NCBI RefSeq assembly: GCF_964355755.1
Contig: NC_092678.1
Location: forward strand, 17,341,881-17,405,880
DNA length: 64,000 nucleotides
DNA from: Antedon mediterranea
Taxonomy: Eukaryota; Animalia; Echinodermata
Reading direction: 5' to 3'
The position numbers and the translations under genes were made by a program. Of this stretch, positions 41,082-51,860 are shown in pieces. Below the pieces are notes generated by a model, which saw only the letters and a program-made list of their open reading frames with translations, was not told where the DNA came from and ran no database searches. Numbering within the stretch: position 1 is the stretch's first letter; each line of letters opens with the position of its first letter.

Positions 41082-42754
41082 TTAGGTGTCTTTAAATTTA
41101 TTAATGTATACTAATGATGATTCAACAGCCTTTGTTAAGTGTACAGGTGTGTTTTCATCACAAATCACTAACTGTTAAAGGATAGTGAGGCCTACTTCTT
41201 TTCATTTTGGATAATCGAAATCCAGAAGGTAAAAAGTGGAGAGGAGAGTAACTAGAGCCTCATCTAATTTTGCTTTCTTTGTAGTTAGAATTGTTTGCTA
41301 AACTTTAATGTAGGCCATTTCTGTGTCCAAAAGCAATACCGGCATATTACCTGATCGGCGTGAAGACCAGGATTCTGGATCTTTATTCATGTTCCTAAAA
41401 ATGAAAAGAGATTAATATAGTTTTAGTTATTACTGTATTTAAAATATGTGTAACATCATCAACTAATTGGGTACGGTGTGGTTTTAGAGTCCTATATCTG
41501 GGGCGGTAAACACAAAAACATGACGCAATATTAGAACGGTGGTAAGAATAATTTTACATTATAAGACATAAGGGTGGGTGGAATATGCATTTGAACTTTT
41601 TAATCACAAACTTTGCCCTGTTTATACCGATCCCAAAGACAGGCCTGGCTGTATCTATTATTTTTAGTTAAATTATTAGGGTCTAAATTTATTTTTAATA
41701 TTACTATTTAGGAAGACAATACGCAAAACGGTGCTCAATCCTGATTGATGTTTTTATTCTGTATCAATGTTTATAATAACAATCATACAATTAAATGTAA
41801 ATTTTGTTTAATTGTTTGATTTTAATAAATTATTGTAAACATAGTATATACCTCGAATTTTAAGCTAAGATAAATTTGATTTTAAAAAAACACTTTAAGA
41901 TATTTTTTTTAATGTACTTAATGTTACTTGTATTTTAAATTTTAAAAAACACTAAATACCTTCAAGGTCGGCAGACTTTTTTTGATGAGTTTTTCCCAAC
42001 AAATATGTTTGACAGATTTGACAACATATGGGTTATCTTTGAACCTAAACAAAAATAACAAATTGAAAACATTATATTATATAAATTTATTTAAATGAGT
42101 GGAATAATGTATGGACATAAACTTGATATACTGTAGCTCAAATTTTTAATAATGTAGCCTACAGTTTTGTAGGTGGTCAATGTAAAAGGAAGGGGAAAGG
42201 GTGGGCTGGCCAGGAGAGCATTAATATGTTTGTTTTTTTAGTATGTTTTTTTAAAAATTTAGAGTTAAAAACATTAAGTTTCAATATCGATGTGATCACT
42301 TCGGGGATTACTTAGTGTGTACAATTAATTAAATATAAAGAAGTGTTTTTAAATGTCATTATATTTCTCATTGGAATATGTGTATATAATATAATCCTTC
42401 GTAGATATTTCATGGCTACATTACAAAATAACTGTTACATTATAATTGTATTATCTATTATTAGGCCTTCCTTATACCTAGCTGAAATAGGTCCGACAAT
42501 ATTTGTCCCCTCTGTCAATGTCTGAACTAAAATGCTAAGCTAAACCTATACACCTGTCCGTCAGTACAGGCATAGTAGGCTAGCCTAGACCTACTAGTTC
42601 CAGGCCTACAGTATTACTAACTAGGAAGGAGCCTAGGCTAGGCCTAGACTGCTGGCAGATTAAAATATAATTATTAGGCCTACGAACCTGTTAAAATGTT
42701 GGCCACTTCTTCATCTATTTCTCGGATCTTCAACAAAGCGTCTTCTTTCGACAT
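41082..42754 (-). pseudogene. Spliced SAM/SAMD3-like accessory gene remnant (EnSpm ORF2)
   Basis: Exons 42754-42688 (MSKEDALLKIREIDEEVANILT), 42521-42478, 42044-41960 and 41394-41082 (…MPVLLLD…LDEALVTLLSTFYLLDFDYPK…GLTIL…, three in-frame stops). ALxxLxxxFYxxxxxYP resembles the SAMD3-like C-terminal domain. Confidence 0.6.
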
Positions 42755-43084
42755 TATATTAGACTAATCTTACTAGGCCTATTGAAGCATTTAATATATA
42801 AATTGCGATGAAAGGTGTCTTTTACTTACAAACTCTAGATTTTGGATGATTACTTTAAAAAACCGTTGGCCATGATCCCGCCGGGAGCTAGGTCATCGAC
42901 CACACACAGTGTTGTTTTTTAACTACAGTATAACCAAAAATTTATCGCTGGCCTTTTACCCAGAATGTATAAGGTCATTATACTGCTCAACGTTAAAGCA
43001 TGGCGGTATAAACCTCCATGGTGGTTAAAGCAAATCTATAAAACGTCTGGACCAACAGTAATACGACAGACAATAATAATGACA

Positions 43085-44095
43085 CATGTTTGTTGCAGTC
43101 CGAAAAAAAGCGATAAGTTGGTGCCAGTAAACTGAAGTAGGTACAGTATTTGCTACCCTATTTGCTAAGGCATTATAATTCAATTCATGGAAATACTCCG
43201 AATTTTCGAGTAACATGTGGAATTGGTGGTTCGCTGCCCGGCAAGCTTTGGAATTTACAATTCGTTTTACAAGCATGTCATAAGACGCCATTTTAAGGAC
43301 GAGTATAACAATCGGCAACCTCCTGCAGTTGACGATGGAAACATCAGTATATAAGTATGCCTGGAGAAAACGAGGATGCCAATTGAGGATGAAGTAGAAC
43401 TAGACCTAGACTAGGAGACTGACGAAGTTAATGAAGAAAAAAACTATTATAACGGGGATGATTTATCAACTGACGATAGTAGTAGTGATAATTCTAGTAT
43501 TGTTATACTGTTAATGATTGTTTAATATTAATTATCTTGTTGATGCTCAGCAAGAAGGCCTACTAACTAGAGGATGAACAAGCAGATAATAGTATAAAAA
43601 ATGCTGATTTCTTTCTACTAAAATTAAAGGAGAGAAACAAGATTCCACAGGTAAGCCATTTTGCTTTAAAATTACAACAATTATGCATTTTAAACTATTT
43701 TTTATTAGAGAAATACGTCTATTTCCTAGGCCTTGCTGGTACTGTTATTATACAGGACTATTAGCTATAGTAACTATAGGACTTGGGTACTAGGCCTAGG
43801 CCTAGGCATTATACACTCTAAGTTTATGTTGCATTTTTTTGTGACCAATTTCATTGTTACAAATAACATTTTTTTTGTTAGGCTGCATAGCTCCCCAACT
43901 AAAGCACAACTTAGTTTTTATTTTTAAACATATTAAAACTTGAATATAAAAAATATTAAATCAATATTATTTTCTTTAGGTTGCAGTGCAATCGATTATT
44001 CAAAGCACAAACAGTTTGATTACCCAGATTCTTTCATCAGTTGAAACTGAAGTGCTAACTGCTCTACCGTTGTGTGAATATAAGGATGACAATCT
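43085..44095 (+). pseudogene. N-terminal remnant of an animal EnSpm transposase (C2H2 fingers), truncated
   Basis: LRHYNSIHGNTPNFRVTCGIGG/CPASFGIYNSFYKHVIRRH, an acidic linker, FFLLKLKERNKIPQ, a GT-AG intron (43651-43979), then VAVQSIIQSTNSL. Contains stops and frameshifts. Confidence 0.7.
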
Positions 44096-45610
44096 ATTTT
44101 AAGTAAACCATTTCTCAAAATAAGTATTTTTCAGAATATTAAAATAGAATTGACCTCAATTCAAGCAAAAATAGTCTTGATAGGATATAGTATGATATTG
44201 ACTTCTTATCTTAAGTAAAACATTTCTCAAAATAAGTATTTTTAAAAATATTGCGAATCTCAATTTAAGCAAAAATAGTCTTGATAAGATAGTATGATAT
44301 TGACTTCTTATTTTAAGTAAAACATTTCTCAAAATAAGTATTTTAAAGAATATTGCGAATCTTGATTCAAGTAAAAATAGTCTTGATAAGATAGTATGAT
44401 ATTGACTTCTTATTTTAAGTAAAACATTTCTCAAAATCAGAATATTGCGAATCTGAATTCAAGCAAAAATAGTCTTGATAGGATAGTATGATATTGACTT
44501 CTTATTTTAAGTAAAACATTTTTCAAAATAAGTATTTTTTAAAATATTGCGAATCTCAATTTAAGCAAAAATAGTCTTGATAAGATAGTATGATATTGAC
44601 TTCTTATTTTAAGTAAAACATTTCTCGAAATAAGTATTTTTAAGAATATTTCGAATCTTGATTCAAGTAAAAATAGTCTTGATAAGATAGTATGATATTG
44701 ACTTCTTATTTTAAGTAAAACATTTCTCAAATTAAGTATTTTTAAAAATATTGCGAATCTCAATTTAAGCAAAAATAGTCTTGATAAGATAGTATGATAT
44801 TGACTTCTTATTTTAAGTAAAACATTTCTCAAAATAAGTATTTTTAAGAATATTGCGAAACCTAATTTAAGAAACTTTGTCTTACCTAAAAAAATATTTA
44901 TTGTTTTAAGTAATTTTTAGAATTCATCAATCTTGATTTAAGAAAAATTATTCTTGATAGGGATAAATATAATATTGATTTCTTATTTTAAGTAAAATAC
45001 TTTTCAAATTAAGTATTTTCAAATCTTGTTTTAAGCAAAACTATTCTTAATAAGAAGAGAATGATATTGACTTCTTATTTTAAGTAAAATATTTCTTGTA
45101 ATAAGCATTTTCAAGAATATTGCGAATCTTGATTCAAGTAAAAATAATCTTGATAAGGGTAGTGTGAAATTGACTTCTTATTTTAAGTAAAATATTTCTC
45201 AAAACAAGTATTTTCAAGACTATTGCGAAACCTAATTTAAGAAACTTTGTCTTACCTAGAAAAATATTGATTGTTTTAAGTAATTTTTATAATTCATCAA
45301 TCTTGATTTAAGAAAAATTATTCTTGATAGGGATAAATATAATATAGATTTCTTATTTTAAGTAAAATACTTTTCAAATTAAGTATTTTCAAATCTTGTT
45401 TTAAGCAAAACTATTCTTAATAAGAAGAGAATGATATTGACTTCTTATTTTAAGTAAAATATTTCTTGTAATAAGCATTTTCAAGAATATTGCAAAACTT
45501 AATTTAAGAAAATGTGTCTTTTCTAGAAAATGATTTCTTGTTTTAAGTAATTTTAAATCTTGACAAGAAAAAAAATACTTATTTTAAGAATTTTTTCTTA
45601 AAACAAGATT
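44095..45610. repeat. ~96-bp right subterminal tandem array
   Basis: Repeating aatagtcttgataagatagtatgatattgacttcttattttaagtaaaacatttctcaaaataagtattttt. 32-aa periodicity in the spurious ORFs. Confidence 0.93.
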
Positions 45611-48600
45611 TTTTTTTCTTGCTTAGAATTTCAAATTTTGCTGTGTAAAAAAGTATCTATTTTATTAATTTCTAAATACAAAGAAAAAATAACAACAAAA
45701 TATCTATATTGTGCCAACAGAGGCCAAAAAGACTTATGTCCAATTAGGCGTGTCACTCTGACAGTGAAACAATTACAAGGTATAATTGATATAATACTAA
45801 TTTAATGTTACTTCATCTCGTATTATCATTATTTGCATGTTTTAGCTGTTTTTCATTAACTGTCTTTGCATCATTATAACAATGTTTTATCTAGATTGAC
45901 TGTAATCATGTTGTACTTTCCATATCATATGATTTTTAGATGTAGATCAATATCTACGATACAATACAACCGTTAAATGACGATGATCCATGTATTCTGC
46001 TATATTTTTATTTTTCATTATGGCCGCCGATGGTGCTACAGTAACTGAATTAAAGAGTCTTATTCGCAAACAATACCAAAATAGAAAAACTCAAAAAGAG
46101 TATAAGAAAGATATTACGTTTGGACGTATCACACATGAAACAGACAAGTATTCCGTAGAAGTATTAATTCCTAAAATAAAATAATTGTTTTTATGAGGCA
46201 TAGAGTTAAACTGACGTTTTCATGAGAAGAAAATATATAATATTTGTTCTACGTGCACAATAAGCTTATTACAACACTATTGCAGATTATACGTACGGTG
46301 AATCGATGACGGGTCGGAGACGAACCGAACGGATCATCCAGGATTTCTGAAAAATCTGGCCAAGTGCACACACTTTGCGCAGCATTGTACGAAGGCGTGT
46401 GTATATTTGTTTTCGTATCTAATTTTGGCTTTCAAAAATGGTAGCGCAAAGCAATCGCTACTCCTGGATCCGCCCGCCGGAATATTTTGACATAAAATGA
46501 TAGAGGTTCAGACGTTCTGTGGTACATTTAAATTGTATTATTTGTATGTTCCCTTTAAACTTCATCTTAATTTCAAATATAATAATATCAATAAAGTAAT
46601 AATGTTTACTTAGAAGTGTGTCAGTTATCCAGCACTGAAGAAAACAAACTCAGAAAAAATTTAAACACATGTGACCACGTTATTTGAACATTTTAAAGCT
46701 AAGTGAGTTAATTAATGAGATGTAAAGCACATTGAAGGCCAGTAACGTCGCTAATAGTTCCACTGGAAATACGCCTTTTCACGATATGGAAGACATCTTC
46801 TTCGATGGATGACAAAATAATAATATGAGCAAAGCGTAGCCAATGGTTCTGTCCACAACAGATTGTGGACAAGCCCATAATAACGACCATATTAATGTCA
46901 AAGGCAAAGTTACTAAAACATTCATAACTGATTAATGGCGGACAGTCATAATGAAATTCCAAAAATGTTAGTCACCTTAAGCATACTATTTTGTCCCCTC
47001 CGAAGAAATGTATATTGAGTGGTTAGTTTGATTATTCTACATGTTGACTTACATAATAAAACCATCGAAATATGTTACTGTAAACGTTCACAAATGTGTG
47101 CTTATAATGGTCTGGTTCGGTTTTATCAAAGAAATACTGTGAACATTCTAACAAATCTCGCCCTTTCTCCAAGTATTATTCAATGTTAATTTAATTTTTA
47201 AAAAAAATTGATTAAACATGTAGATTATTTATTATTTAAAAAGGCAACCAGTGAACGTTACTGGTGAGAGAACCACTAACACCGTGGCGTGTCTCGACAT
47301 CCAGTCCATGGTGTTTAAAGTTAGAATACACTGCTCCAGGAAGACGCTACCTTAATCCACGTTAGGGTTAAATGAGCACTGTCTGTAAGACTCTGTTATG
47401 CAGAAATGTATATCAAATGAAAACGAAAAGGAAAGTCTGGAGTTGTGACTAACCATCTATTTCAGCCAAACAAAAAATGGAACATACTCTATCGACAAAA
47501 TAGGGACCAAATCAGAACCCATCAAGATCATATGTATAACTCGACTGCTGATAAATGACGAACTTAAGCTATTTACACTCTACCACTGTAAGGAGCTCGA
47601 AAGCAGAGATGAATAAATGAATGGATGATAACATTAATAACTTGCACAACTATATCCTAATTGATAATGAAATAAACATGAACTATATTAATAACATTAC
47701 AATTGTTAACTGAACTGAAGTACATGATGAACAACCACTATTTAGTTTTATAATGAACTTCTGTAATATGAACAAATTGAAACTACTTAATTTGTATTTT
47801 TACATTACTTTATTGCATTGTCAAAAACCAACGTAATGAAATATTAGAATATAGGCCTACAGCACCGGATATTTATGATAACGTGATCTAAGGATTATTT
47901 GAATAGACACCACACCTAGGAAATTGAATACAACAATTCTGTAGTCAAAATTAAACTGGTTTCTTGTGATAGCTTCAACAAGCATTATTGACATGAGTAG
48001 TGTACTCCATATTATTGGTATGATATACTTAAGTCCCTCAGGATATAGTTAAAGTTACGGGACTTATTATTAATAGTTTTTCGTTAGTAAATTGACACTT
48101 TATACTGCCTTAGTAGGTTCCGCTGAACCTTAGAATCAGGCAAACCTTCAAATATCATATCTTATATTATGTCTAATTTCATAATTAACATTATTGCCTT
48201 GCAATGTAAATCAGCAGTCTTTACATTTTTTGGATGCATACAATTATAAGAAGAAACACTTACAGTATTTGCAAAGATGTTAAACCACCAAATACATTTG
48301 CAGGCAATGATTGTATGTTGTTTTCGTATAAATACCTTCAACAACAAAAAGAAACAAAAGTTAGTAATTAAACATTCACGAGCTGTTTTGAAGGATGTCA
48401 TCTTTGTTTTTGGACACAAAAATAAATTAAAATATGTTGGGCGTATAGAATAGGTGTCTGTGGAAATTAATATATGGCCGATAACGTTACGAACGTTTGG
48501 TTATTACACAAATGAAAATGAAAAAATAAAGTGCATGATCGAATAGTTTTAGGGTTCTAAGATGGAGAAATAGACATCAAACTCGTCTGCTGTCATTCGC

Positions 48601-49393
48601 CTGAAAGTCAATATATAAACGGTCAGGCCGTTATTATAAATGATAAAAAACGTAGTAAAAGTGTAGTAGTATACTTAAACTTAATTTAAACTTTTCATAA
48701 AATGTCGATTGATGTTACGTATGAAGTGATATCCGGGAACATTGCGTCAAGTTTATCGAACAATTTGGGTACGAACTTTCAAAACCGCTTTACCATGCCA
48801 TTAAGTAATTGTTCATATAAAGAATCGAGTCAAATGGCCGAGCGGTTCAGGCACGGGCGCCGTTTACCGTACTCTCTTAATGTAAAAGAGTGAGAAACCA
48901 CTCAAACTAGAGTGAACTTCCACTCTTTCAAAGAGTTAACTGAGGGACAACTCGTTTTGGAGTGAAAAAAAGAGTGGTCACCAAATCACTCTAAAATGAG
49001 TGAAACCAACTCTAGAAAGAGTGAACATTTTCATCACTCTTTTAACAAGAGTGGAAATAATACACTCATAAAAGAGTGAAAGTGACCCACTCTTTCAAAA
49101 AGAGTGAAAATAATCAACTCATAAAAGAGTGAAAGGAAACCACTCTTTTTAGGAGTGGTATTTTTAGCGTATTCTTTTTCTACTTGTATCTTCTGTCTGC
49201 AAGGCTGCTTCTGAGATCCCAAACTTGGTAGTAGCCTTAAAAACATGCATTTAAAACACAATTGTGCACAGCCAAATAAATGAAACCGACATTGAGCTAT
49301 ATTAATTTGTTTATTTTGAAAAGCAAATCTCTTCTCTATACATAATGCATAATTAAGAGGTAATTTAAATTCATCAAAAACATTTCATCTCAG

Positions 49394-51745
49394 TTACTCA
49401 TCATCGCGAATAAGATGGGAATATAACTCCCTAACAGTTGGTTTGATATTTGTTGTAATTTCGTATAAGAGACCTTCAAAGAAATTGAAAAAGGTCACAA
49501 GCGGACTGGCAAATGGACATTAACTATAATTATAATGAATTTTAAAAAGTCGATCAATTGCCTGAACAATTGCGCTACCACCAGGAATGCATCAACAATA
49601 ATAAAAAAAAACTCTGTAGGTTCTTTAACATCACCCAATGCAAGGATAAATGGCTGTAAATAAGTCTGGTCTTTTCCTGATGCAAAGCTGTCAACATCTG
49701 TCCCAGCCTGAAAAATATAAAAATACAGTATAAAAAGCTGAAAAATATGAATTTATCACAAATCCTCCGTACTTTAGTCTATTATTTATCACATAATAAA
49801 CACTACAATTTTGTATCTTTAATCACCTTGTTAATATACTGATCAACAATGCACGCTTGTTTTTGATCAGATGGTTTAAATTTCAATTTGGTATACTGCA
49901 CATTACAAGTTTACACAATGTGTGAGCTAAAGGCAGTTCCCAGTTGCCTTCCTTCTTTTCTTATTTAACTTCAACATTTCCACATATGCAGAAAATAAAT
50001 CGTTTTTAACCAGGTTTGATCTCCAGATACAAAATTATGCTGCTGTGAAAAGGGTTTTTATACAACAGTAATCTTGTGAGAAGTAAAGGAGAAGATGACA
50101 TTTTATTGGGGCTCATTTAATGTATAATCACATACTGTGTTTCAATTTTGAGATATAATATTTTCATATACTAAGAGTATTTTACAAAGAATGAAACACA
50201 AATTTTGTATAGATCTATTGCAATTTAATGATGGAATTATAAAAACGTTTAACAAGTACTCACTGGCTTGTGTTGTAAAATGTAATGAAAAGCATCGTAG
50301 ACTTTGCTTTTCCCACCTCTTGATATTGATGGTAATTGTTCTGAACACATCCAGATCATCTGCAAAAACAGTAAATGCACTTAACGTTACAGTAATTGCT
50401 TGTTTCTGTTTTTAGCATTTTGTAAACCATCTTTTTATTTAAAATGTACTAAGGTTATTGTATATTTTTTTAATCAATCAATACACTTTACAATGTAATG
50501 TTTTATATCGATGTATAAACAGGGAAGAGTATATTCCCTGACGCAAAAACTTTGTTGTTACGCAATTAACAACAATTATCATCGTTGGTACAGTTCCTGC
50601 TGCTTACTTGGGCTCGAATTCAACCCCAGCCATCAGCGCAAGCTCGGTGGTCTAGAGGCCTGATGATCTGGAGGCTGTGGGTTTCCACCCAAGAACTTGC
50701 ATATTTGTTCGCAATTGTTTTCAAATGTATTGAATATTCGGTACACATTACGTCAGAGTTGGGCAAAACATCTTCCTATTAGTGTAAATAAGTTATTAAA
50801 TAAAACAGGTAAGAATTAACAATCTTTATAAACTTACTGAGTTTTGATTTATGCATCAGCACAAACTTGGGATGGTAATATGGCTTCCATTTGATTAACA
50901 TTTTGAATCCGCATCCTGAATACATCAGTTCAAATTCCAAGTTAATCTGAAACATTGAAAATATTACTACTGTAGGGGCCTAGGCTAATCAACCTAAAAT
51001 TTTCAGAAATTTATTTTGTTAAATATTTATTTTATATCCTATGAGAAATGATTCACAGAATCAAAGTAAAGTTGAATGAGTAAATTAGTACCATTTTACT
51101 CTTAAATTAATCATTCAGAAACATGACATAAATTTCTCAGAATATAGGCCTAGTATCTTAGCTACCTAGCCTAGGCCTAGCTAGGCATAGGCCTAGGTCT
51201 ACTAGAATAGGCTAGGTCTACAACAGGCTCCTAGGAGGGCCTGGGCCTAGTAAATAATAAGGCCGCAGCAGAGGGCCATCCGGCCTAGGCCTATGCGCAT
51301 TGTTCGTTACGGCCACAACAAAAAACGTTTTATTTGAATAAGTGAAATTTGTAAATATCATGTGTGTAGCCTAGCCGGGTCTATAATAATTAAAAAAGAG
51401 TGGTTGAATAAAGTGAAAACAATATCGTCGTACCGTACCCATGCCAAAACAATTTGGGTATGGGTCCGCCTATAGGCTAAATACGAGTTAGCATATGGTG
51501 GGGACGAGTTGGTTTGGGTACGCGTTGCCAGCACCCTTCCTACTAGGCCTAGCCAGGCTAGCTAGTAGTAGGCTAGGCGTTAGCACACCAGGATTCACAC
51601 GCAAATAAAACATATTACAAAACAATATAATCATTTCTACAATACACGGTAACAAAAGCTACATTTTAAATGTAAATTTACCATTAAATATCCTGATTAA
51701 ATGTTGATCTTGTTCACCAAATATCTGGTGTAAAAATTCCTCCAT
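49394..51745 (-). pseudogene. Spliced SAM/SAMD3-like accessory gene remnant
   Basis: Exons 51745-51682 (MEEFLHQIFGEQDQHLIRIFN), 50946-50838 (INLEFELMYSG…LIKW), 50359-50264 (…LPSISRGGKSKVYDAFHYILQHKP) and 49707-49394 (AGTDVDSF…QPFILALG…FF/IIVD…AIDRLFKIHY…FFNFFEGLLYEI…PTVRELY…*, with frameshifts). Confidence 0.65.
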
Positions 51746-51779
51746 CTCGTTGGAATGCGGCGGTGGGAGAAAGAGAGAG

Positions 51780-51860
51780 AAACAGTCAATCGGCCGGCCC
51801 GGGCGCGCGCGAAGACGATGAAAAGTTATGAAATGCTTGCATTTGATTGGCTGACTCGAT
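51780..51860 (-). promoter_or_regulatory. Putative promoter of the element-borne accessory gene
   Basis: Local CpG/GC-rich patch (cggccggcccgggcgcgcgcg) and a CCAAT box (attgg at ~51846) just upstream of the ATG at 51745. Confidence 0.35.

Larger units (their letters stand above)
39266..45645. mobile_element. CMC/EnSpm deletion derivative; right terminus intact, left terminus lost
   Basis: Right end ...CAAATTTTGCTGTG (CACAGCAAAA on the minus strand) at 45645. Interrupts the host module between ccaacggaa and taaaaaagtatctat. CTTAAAATAAG arrays in opposite orientation at the two ends. Confidence 0.85.
23509..46735. repeat. Complex tandem segmental duplication; core module in ~7 copies (first copy starts ~2947 and is split by the Gypsy)
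   Basis: Core caatatctacgatacaatacaaccgttaaatgacgatgatccatg...gatggtgctacagtaactgaattaaa at ~3088, 25405, 27001, 31616, 33160, 37433 and 45948. Larger blocks repeat at offsets of about 5.9, 6.2 and 9.8 kb. Confidence 0.9.

Noticed and set aside
45990-46184. ORF with ubiquitin-like GATVTELKSLIRK motif in the duplicated core
   Set aside because: The frame is not preserved in sister copies and there is no further similarity or splice support.
50635-50695. tRNA-Pro-like sequence (gctcggtggtctagagg...gggtttccaccc)
   Set aside because: It cannot form a cloverleaf; at most a decayed SINE head.
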